From: Nanopusillaceae archaeon
Lineage (GTDB): Archaea; Nanobdellota; Nanobdellia; Nanobdellales; Nanobdellaceae
Length of the DNA: 13,634 bases
Assembly (NCBI GenBank): GCA_038735675.1
Contig: JAVYNJ010000017.1
Coordinates: forward strand, 1-13,634
Direction of reading: 5' to 3'
Position 1 is the stretch's first letter; each line of letters opens with the position of its first letter. Shown piece by piece: positions 6,061 to 12,559 of the stretch. The notes under the pieces are model-generated. The model was not told the origin of the DNA, made no database searches, and worked only from the letters and a program-made list of their open reading frames with translations. Made by a program: the position numbers and the translations under genes.

Positions 6061-8468
6061 TGAAATTTTTTATTTTATCTCTAGAGCATGAAAAGGATAA
6101 AATAATAATATATGCTCGCGATGAGAATAAAAATAGATGCAAAATTGAAGCTGAGTTTCCTTTTTATATTTATGTAATTCCGTATAATAATTATTTTAAC
6201 GAAGTATATCGAAAAATAGATGATTTAGAAATAGAAAAAAAATTAATAATTGAAACTAAAAAATGGATGGGAAAGGAATATAAAGCAATAAAAGTTATTT
6301 TTAAAGAAGAAGATTATGAAAAGATAAAAAAAATTTGTGATCTTTTAAAAGAAGAAGGAAAAATCATTGGAAAAAAAGAAGTAGATTTATCTAGATTAAA
6401 AAAATTTTCTATAGATAATAATTTGTATCCTCTTTATTGGTATGATTTAGATGTAGAATTAGTTAGAGAAACTAAAAATTTTAAAGTATACAAATTAAAA
6501 AATATAAATCAGCGCTTAAATGATAGTTACGATTTTAAAGTTGTAGCTGTTGATATAGAAGTGTTAGCAGAAGGAATTTATATTCCAGATCCTGAAAAAC
6601 ATCCGGTTCAGGTTATAGGGATATACGATGGAGAGAAATATTTTATAATATACTGGGGAGCTACATCTAATACAGGTATTCAAGTAAAAAATGAATATGA
6701 ATTATTCGAAAAATTTAATGAAATTATTAAAGATTTGGATCCCGATGTTTTAGTGGGATATAATTCTCACAATTTTGATTTAAATTATTTATATGAAAGA
6801 TGTAAAAAAATAAATTTTAGATTTAGCTTTGGTTGGGATGAAAAAGGAATTATATTAACTAAAAAAAGAGAGGAAGATAGAAGATATAAAATTTCTGGTA
6901 TACAACATGTCGATCTTTTTATATTTTTATCAAATATTTTCTCTGGACAATTGAAATCAGAAACGCTATCTTTAGATAGTGTAGCAAAAGAAATTTTGGG
7001 ATATGGTAAAGAAGAAATGGATTTAAATATGATAAGAAATGCCCTAAAGCAAAAAGATTTTTCTAGTATAGTAAAGTATAACCAGAGAGATGTTGAAATA
7101 ACTTATAAACTGTATAAGCATTTTGAGCCAATACTAATAGAATTATCTAAAATAACAGGACAATCTTTGTATGAAACTTCTTTATCTACTTATGGAACCT
7201 TAATAGAAAATTATTTAATAAAAAAAAGTAGAGAACTTGGAGAAATAGTTCCAAATAAGCCTAAAATTGAAGAAATTGAAGAAAGATCTAAGAAAACGTA
7301 TACAGGAGCATTTGTTTTAGAACCAGAACCAGGTTTTTATAAAAATATTGCCGTATTTGATTTTAGATCGCTTTATCCATCTATAATGATAGCTTATAAT
7401 ATATCTCCCGATACTTTAAATTGTGATCATGATTATTGTAAACAAGATTCGATAGAAATAGAAACAAATGAGGGAAAGATGAATGTTTGGTTTTGTAAAA
7501 ATAGAAAAGGATATGTTCCAACAATATTAGATGAAATATTTAGAGAAAGATCGGAATTAAAAAAGAAATTAAAGCAAAAAAATTTAGATTATACAGAGCT
7601 TAAAATATTGGATGCAAAACAGTATGCTTTAAAAATATTATTGAACTCAATGTACGGTTATTTAGGTTTTTCAGCATCTAGGTGGTATTGTATAAATTGC
7701 GCTGCAGCAATAACAGCTTATGGACGTCAATTTATTAAAAAAACTATAGAATATTTAGAAAAGAGAGGTTTTAAGATTATATATGGAGATACTGATAGTA
7801 TTTTTGTTATTTTAAATTCTAAAGAAGATTTAAGAATAATTGATGAAATAAATTCTATTTTACCAAAGCCAATGGAATTAGAATTGGAGAATTTTTACAT
7901 TTCTGGAATTTTTGTAGGAAGAAGAGGAGAACATAAAGGTGCAAAGAAAAAATATGCTTTATTAGCAGAAGATGGTACTATAAAACTTAGAGGATTCGAA
8001 GCTGTTAGAAGAGACTGGTCAGAACTCTCAAAAATGGTTCAAGAAAATGTTATAAAGTTAGCATTGAGAGAGGACAAAGATGGTATAATAAATTACTTAA
8101 GGGAAATAATTAACAAAATTAGAAAAAAAGAGCTTCCATTGGAGTATTTTATAATAAGAGAACAATTAAGAAAAAGTTTGAATAAGTATGAAGTTGAAGC
8201 ACCTCATGTTGTTGCAGCAAAAAAATATAGAGATATTGGATATAAAGTAAATGAAGGCTTTATAGTGGAATATATTATTTGTAGTGGTAAGGAAAAAATA
8301 TCTGATAAAGTTAAAATTCCAAATGAATGTAAAAATAAAGAATATGATCCAGAGTATTATATAGAAAAGCAAGTATTTCAACCAATAGAAGGAATAATCA
8401 AACTTTTTAATATAAATAAAGAAGTCATAATCTCGGGACAAAAGGATATTTTAAGATTTTTTAAATAA
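6060..8468 (+). CDS. polB: Family-B DNA polymerase (PolB), with apparently complete exonuclease and polymerase domains
   Basis: 802 aa. Exonuclease motifs: Exo I VAVDIEV, Exo II YNSHNFDLNYL, Exo III YNQRDVEITYKLY. Polymerase motifs: A DFRSLYPSIMIAYNISPDT, B KILLNSMYGYLG, C YGDTDSIFV, and the KKKY motif GAKKKYAL. The N-terminal FPFYIYV resembles the FRPYIY uracil-pocket segment of euryarchaeal PolB. There is no intein. It is TAATG-coupled to rtcB. Confidence 0.95.
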   Translation: MKFFILSLEHEKDKIIIYARDENKNRCKIEAEFPFYIYVIPYNNYFNEVYRKIDDLEIEKKLIIETKKWMGKEYKAIKVIFKEEDYEKIKKICDLLKEEGKIIGKKEVDLSRLKKFSIDNNLYPLYWYDLDVELVRETKNFKVYKLKNINQRLNDSYDFKVVAVDIEVLAEGIYIPDPEKHPVQVIGIYDGEKYFIIYWGATSNTGIQVKNEYELFEKFNEIIKDLDPDVLVGYNSHNFDLNYLYERCKKINFRFSFGWDEKGIILTKKREEDRRYKISGIQHVDLFIFLSNIFSGQLKSETLSLDSVAKEILGYGKEEMDLNMIRNALKQKDFSSIVKYNQRDVEITYKLYKHFEPILIELSKITGQSLYETSLSTYGTLIENYLIKKSRELGEIVPNKPKIEEIEERSKKTYTGAFVLEPEPGFYKNIAVFDFRSLYPSIMIAYNISPDTLNCDHDYCKQDSIEIETNEGKMNVWFCKNRKGYVPTILDEIFRERSELKKKLKQKNLDYTELKILDAKQYALKILLNSMYGYLGFSASRWYCINCAAAITAYGRQFIKKTIEYLEKRGFKIIYGDTDSIFVILNSKEDLRIIDEINSILPKPMELELENFYISGIFVGRRGEHKGAKKKYALLAEDGTIKLRGFEAVRRDWSELSKMVQENVIKLALREDKDGIINYLREIINKIRKKELPLEYFIIREQLRKSLNKYEVEAPHVVAAKKYRDIGYKVNEGFIVEYIICSGKEKISDKVKIPNECKNKEYDPEYYIEKQVFQPIEGIIKLFNINKEVIISGQKDILRFFK

Positions 8469-8486
8469 GAAAATCTATTTAATTTT

Positions 8487-8819
8487 ATGTTAGAGGAGGA
8501 GAATATTATAAAGGAATTGGAAAACAAGATTCGAGAATTGGAAAAATTAACTTATAAGTATAAAAAAGCTTATTTTCTAATTTTTAATAAATTTAATAAG
8601 TTTATAAACAAGAAAAATAAAGAAAATGCGAAAATAAAACATTTGATCGAAAAATTAAGTGAGATGATAGAAAATATAAATTCGAATTTTTATAAGCTCG
8701 ATACTCTTGAGAAGAATTTAGAAATTTTAAAAAAAGAAATTGAAAAATTAAAAATCAGGTTAGATAGGTTAGAAGAAAAGTATTTAAAAATAGATAAAAA
8801 AATAATAGAAAATGAGTGA
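8487..8819 (+). CDS. Small coiled-coil protein, function unknown
   Basis: 110 aa, K/E/L/I/N-rich with heptad-like spacing (IKELENKIRELEKL, LEKNLEILKKEIEKLKIRLDRLEEKYLKI). It overlaps the next ORF by 8 nt (ATGAGTGA). Confidence 0.55.
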   Translation: MLEEENIIKELENKIRELEKLTYKYKKAYFLIFNKFNKFINKKNKENAKIKHLIEKLSEMIENINSNFYKLDTLEKNLEILKKEIEKLKIRLDRLEEKYLKIDKKIIENE

Positions 8820-10047
8820 TATTGATTTTTCTTCTATAGCTGAGCAAATTTTAGATATTGTAAAAAATTTACAAATAAGAATCTCAAACATAGAGAAAAA
8901 AAGTAATAAATTTTTAGAAAATAAAGTCTTTTATGATACTATAACTGAGATAAAGAAAAAATTGGATAATCTAGAAGATAAAATATTTGAAATTTCAAAA
9001 ATAGCGGATAAGGATTTCTTAGAAAATGTAAGAAATTTAAATAATTTAAAAACGAAAATAGAAATCTTAGAAACAGAATATAAAAACTTAATAAAAGATT
9101 CAGATTTTTTAGAAATTAAGTCAGAATTATTGAAGCTGGAGAAAAGACTTAAAAAGCTTGAAGAATATGCGAAAATAGATGAAATTTTAACAGAAATAAA
9201 CAATATAAAGAGCGTTATAAATCAAATTTCTAGTGATTTAGAATTAATAAAGTTGAATTATATAGATAAAGACAAATATAACGAATATTTTGAAAAAATG
9301 AAGGATGTAGAAAAAGCAATATCTAGAATTTCTTTTGAATTAAAGCAAAAAATAACGGATATTATCAAAATTAATGATAGATTAGATAAGATAGAAAATG
9401 AATTTTTGCCGAATATACAAGCTTCTTTAGAAAGATCTTTAAATGAATTAAAAACCGATATAGGTAAAATTAAAGAAAAAATTCAAAATAGCAAAATATT
9501 AGAGATGATTAGCGAAGAGGATATTAAAAATATACGTGAATTGAATTCTTATAAGGAAGCATATAAGAAAATATTAAATTTGGAAAACAGATTAAATAAT
9601 ATTGTTAGTTCTTTGTATTCATTAGAAGATGAAATGCGAAATAGTTTTAGAGAAGAGTATGATAAAAAAGTTGAAAGAATAAAAGCTATAGAAAATAGAA
9701 TAGATACTAATGAAAAGTTAATAAATAATTTTAGAAGTTCTATAGATGGTCTAAGAAAGGAAATAACCGATCTTCGTGATATAATGTTATATTTAACTAA
9801 AGAAAATGATAAAACTAACGAAAAGATTAAAGAGTTGGAGAATAAAATAAAATTAGCTAATATAGAAGAGCTTTATGATTATATAGAAAGATTAAAGCTT
9901 TTAGAAGCAGAAATTGAAAATTTAAAAAGAGAATTAATTAATAGAGACAACTTTGATAGAGAAAGAATAAAAAATATAGAGTATGCATTAAAAAAGCTTT
10001 ATGATAGGCAAAACGAAATTTTGGAAAACTTGAAGAGAAGAATATAG
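8812..10047 (+). CDS. Long coiled-coil protein, function unknown
   Basis: 411 aa that look like coiled coil almost end to end, with recurrent (I/L)EN(K/R)(I/L) segments: NLENRLNNI, AIENRIDTN, ELENKIKLA, DKIENEF. It has no P-loop, no TM segment and no Cys/His cluster. Confidence 0.65.
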   Translation: MSDIDFSSIAEQILDIVKNLQIRISNIEKKSNKFLENKVFYDTITEIKKKLDNLEDKIFEISKIADKDFLENVRNLNNLKTKIEILETEYKNLIKDSDFLEIKSELLKLEKRLKKLEEYAKIDEILTEINNIKSVINQISSDLELIKLNYIDKDKYNEYFEKMKDVEKAISRISFELKQKITDIIKINDRLDKIENEFLPNIQASLERSLNELKTDIGKIKEKIQNSKILEMISEEDIKNIRELNSYKEAYKKILNLENRLNNIVSSLYSLEDEMRNSFREEYDKKVERIKAIENRIDTNEKLINNFRSSIDGLRKEITDLRDIMLYLTKENDKTNEKIKELENKIKLANIEELYDYIERLKLLEAEIENLKRELINRDNFDRERIKNIEYALKKLYDRQNEILENLKRRI

Positions 10048-10413
10048 TTATTTACTTTTTACTATTTCTATAATTTTTATTAATTTTTCTATTGTATAAG
10101 TTAAATTTTTCATTACTTTATTTAAATATTCTTTTTCTTTATCTTTAATGTGATTATAAATTCTTTTAATAGAGTTTTCATCTATTAATTTATCGTCTTT
10201 AACAATATATATTTCATCGTAAAGATTGTTTTTACTTAAAATGTTTAAATCTTTTGCTAAATTTTTTATAAAATTTCCTTCAGTAGTAGAATATTCTTTT
10301 TTAAATATTAAAACTATTTTTCTATTTTTTATCATTTTTTTACGTTCTTTGATCTTTTCTATTTTTTCAGATTGTATTTTTAGAAATTGAGGTGATAAAG
10401 AAATAATTGGCAT
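10048..10413 (-). CDS. Hypothetical 121-aa basic protein (orphan)
   Basis: The ORF has no motif I recognise: a lysine-rich N-terminus, a predicted beta-alpha-beta core (KIVLIFKKEYSTTEGNFIKNLAKDLNIL...EIYIVKDDKL) and a helical tail. An alternative start is Met27 (ATG at 10335). The only support for coding is ORF length and position. Confidence 0.45.
   Translation of the reverse strand: MPIISLSPQFLKIQSEKIEKIKERKKMIKNRKIVLIFKKEYSTTEGNFIKNLAKDLNILSKNNLYDEIYIVKDDKLIDENSIKRIYNHIKDKEKEYLNKVMKNLTYTIEKLIKIIEIVKSK
10056..10060 (+). terminator. Possible oligo-T terminator for the long plus-strand transcription unit
   Basis: This is the first T5 run after the TAG at 10045-10047. It lies inside the 3' end of the convergent minus-strand ORF because there is no intergenic space. 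T-runs are common in this genome, so specificity is low. Confidence 0.25.
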
Positions 10414-10447
10414 AATATTCTATTCTTTTTTATATTTCTTAATATTT

Positions 10448-10500
10448 TCAGTAGCTACTCCCATCATCATCAATCAGGGGGTGCTCACCAACATCATCAA
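10448..10500 (-). ncRNA. Box C/D sRNA candidate (2'-O-methylation guide), 53 nt
   Basis: The minus strand reads 5'-UUGAUGA|UGUUGGUGAGCACCCC|CUGA|UUG|AUGAUGA|UGGGAGUAGCUA|CUGA-3'. That parses as a canonical C box (UGAUGA), D' box (CUGA), 3-nt loop, C' box (AUGAUGA), an exactly 12-nt guide, and D box (CUGA). It sits in a GC-rich island within an AT-rich 122-bp intergenic region. A TATA-like TTTTATTTTT is centred about 25 nt upstream (10521-10530, minus strand). Caveat: the C-to-D' spacer is 16 nt with the canonical C register, or 13 nt with the shifted AUGAUGU register, not the usual 12. Confidence 0.65.
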
Positions 10501-10535
10501 TTTTTATTAAATTTTATCATAAAAATAAAAATCTT

Positions 10536-11522
10536 ATGGATATTAGTTTTGTTTCAAATACAGTTTTTATTTCGATATTACTTCTAGCATCTATTCAAGA
10601 TTTTCTAAAAAAAAGTGTTAGTGATTCAATACATTATTTTTTAATTATATTTGCCTTTTCAATTACTATATACAATTTATATATCGGAAATCTCCCTCAG
10701 AATAGCTTTCTATCTTATTTAATTTTAATTTTTTTCTTTTTAATGTATCTTCTTAAGTTTTTGGCAATTGGAGATCTATATATTATGTTTTCATTATTTT
10801 TTTTCTTATCAAATTTTAGTTTTCAACAAATTTTTAAATTTTTGATAATGCTAGCAGTGGGTGGTAGTATTGTTCATGGTTTTGAGGCTTTAAAGATATT
10901 TTACAGAAACAAGGAATTTAAAAATCTTTTTTTTATAATTTTTTCAATTTTATCAAGCCTAATTGCTGGAATAATGTATTTAATTTCTTTTTCTAATTTC
11001 TTAGAAAAGTATCCATTATTCTTTTTATCTTCTCTTTTATTTCTAGTTTCGGCAACAATTTTGAAAATTTATGAAAACAGGTTAAAAAAAGAATTAACCT
11101 TTGAAAGGACAATAGACGAACTTGTAGAAGGAGATTGGATAGAAAATGAATTGTTTATAAATGAAATTCCTGAAAATCTATCAAAAGACTTTGAAGAAAA
11201 CTTTTTTTTAGAAAGGAAAGAGAAAGGATATATAATAAAATTAAAAAATCCTAAAAAAGAGTTTCGATTTTTAGTTTTTCTTATTTTTTTAGCGCCTTTA
11301 GTTTTTCTTAACGTTGTTGAAATGTTTATGATTTCTACAATGTTTGTAATTTTCTTTTTAACCATTATTCATGACAAAATATTTAAGGATGACTTGGGTC
11401 TTTCGAGAAAACAAATAGAATTATTAAAGAAAGTTTTTGATAAAAATACAAAATTTATTGTAAAAGAAGGGGCTCCTTTTGTACCAGCAATAACCTTAGC
11501 TTATATTTTTTCTATGATTTAA
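10536..11522 (+). CDS. Archaeal A24-family aspartyl signal peptidase (FlaK/PibD-type preflagellin/prepilin peptidase) with an enlarged soluble insertion
   Basis: 328 aa, polytopic. LLLASIQDFLKKSVSD matches the first catalytic-Asp motif as I recall it from FlaK (ASVQDFRSREIED); this is D22, nt 10599-10601. LAIGDLYIM is the GxGD-type second Asp; this is D80, nt 10773-10775. The C-terminal APFVPAITLAYIFS parallels FlaK IPLIIPITLSYL. A hydrophilic ~65-aa domain (aa ~181-245, containing VEGDW) interrupts the TM bundle, as in FlaK. Confidence 0.7.
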   Translation: MDISFVSNTVFISILLLASIQDFLKKSVSDSIHYFLIIFAFSITIYNLYIGNLPQNSFLSYLILIFFFLMYLLKFLAIGDLYIMFSLFFFLSNFSFQQIFKFLIMLAVGGSIVHGFEALKIFYRNKEFKNLFFIIFSILSSLIAGIMYLISFSNFLEKYPLFFLSSLLFLVSATILKIYENRLKKELTFERTIDELVEGDWIENELFINEIPENLSKDFEENFFLERKEKGYIIKLKNPKKEFRFLVFLIFLAPLVFLNVVEMFMISTMFVIFFLTIIHDKIFKDDLGLSRKQIELLKKVFDKNTKFIVKEGAPFVPAITLAYIFSMI

Positions 11523-11525
11523 AAA

Positions 11526-12530
11526 ATGAAATACGAGTTTTTGGATAAAAAAACTTTGAAAGTTTACATTGAGAAAGATAGAGATTTGATATCTATTTAT
11601 AAAATAATAAATCCAGAAGATATAATTGAAGGTTATGATTATCGAGTTATTGAAATAAATAATCAAAAAGAAAGAAAAAAAGTATGGGTAAAAATAATTG
11701 TCGAGGATATTTACTTTTCAGAATATTCTGATAGTTTAAGAGTTTCTGGGAGAATTTTAGAAGCATCAGAAGAGGTTAAAGGACATTATCATACTTTTGA
11801 TTTAAGAGTAGGATCCGAATTTATAATTAAAAAACAAAAGTCTTTTAGTTTTTACGATATTAAAGAAATAGAAAAAAGTAAAGAAAGAAAAAGTTTTTAT
11901 ATTGTTTCTTTAGATAGTAATTCAATTGCAGTAGCAAAAATAGGAGATAAAATAGAAATTCTCTATGAAAACGATTTTTATATCTCTAAGGAAGATCCAG
12001 AGAGAGATAGTATAATCAAAAAGATATATTCTGATGCTATAAATACTATAAAAGATGATTTAGATTCAATTATAGTTGTAGGTCCTATTTTTTATCCGGA
12101 GAAATTTTCTGAATATTTAAAGGAAAAAAGGCCAAATAAAAAAATATTTTCTTTTAAAGTTTCTACAGGTGGTATTCCTGGAATTTATGAGTTTTTAAAT
12201 AGAAAAGAATATAGAGATTTTTTAAAAGACTTAGAAATTGCAGATGTAAACAGAATAATTGACGATTTTATACTTTTTATGACTAGGGATAAAGTTTCTT
12301 TTGGTTTAGATGATGTATATGAAAAAATAAACGAATGTAATGTCGATTATATTTTAATTTCTTTTGAATGGTTTAAAAAAATAAAATCAGATAAATTAAA
12401 TTTTAAAAAATTATTAGAAATCATTGATAAAGCAGAAATGTGTAAATCATCAATATATTTTGTTTATAAATACAATAAAAACTTTGATCTAATCGATAAA
12501 TTTGGTATAGTTTGCAAAGTTAGATATTAA
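11526..12530 (+). CDS. pelA: mRNA surveillance / ribosome rescue factor Pelota (Dom34 homologue)
   Basis: 334 aa with three-domain Pelota collinearity. The N-terminal Sm-like domain includes LRVSGRILEASEEVKGHYHTFDL. The central domain includes IIVVGPIFYPEKFSEYL and STGGIPGIYEFLN. The C-terminus ends DKFGIVCKVRY. It has no GGQ or NIKS motif, so it is not aRF1. Confidence 0.85.
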   Translation: MKYEFLDKKTLKVYIEKDRDLISIYKIINPEDIIEGYDYRVIEINNQKERKKVWVKIIVEDIYFSEYSDSLRVSGRILEASEEVKGHYHTFDLRVGSEFIIKKQKSFSFYDIKEIEKSKERKSFYIVSLDSNSIAVAKIGDKIEILYENDFYISKEDPERDSIIKKIYSDAINTIKDDLDSIIVVGPIFYPEKFSEYLKEKRPNKKIFSFKVSTGGIPGIYEFLNRKEYRDFLKDLEIADVNRIIDDFILFMTRDKVSFGLDDVYEKINECNVDYILISFEWFKKIKSDKLNFKKLLEIIDKAEMCKSSIYFVYKYNKNFDLIDKFGIVCKVRY

Positions 12531-12559
12531 AATATATGAACGTATACTATAATTAAAAT

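Noticed and set aside
4624-8468. Inteins or split genes in RtcB or PolB, which are common in thermophilic archaea and Nanoarchaeum.
   Set aside because: Both proteins are of canonical length, with conserved blocks contiguous. I see no insertion with intein block A/B or terminal HN-C/S/T signatures.
8487-8819. The 110-aa coiled-coil protein as a prefoldin beta subunit, based on its size and two helical arms.
   Set aside because: The central segment AYFLIFNKFNKFINKK does not resemble the beta-hairpin (vYk.vG.vlv) linking prefoldin coiled coils. The evidence is too weak without a profile search.
10461-10500. CATCATCAT / CATCATCAA runs on the plus strand, which look like a His-codon repeat or a microsatellite.
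   Set aside because: No ORF spans them. They are the reverse complement of the UGAUGA C and C' boxes of the minus-strand sRNA candidate.
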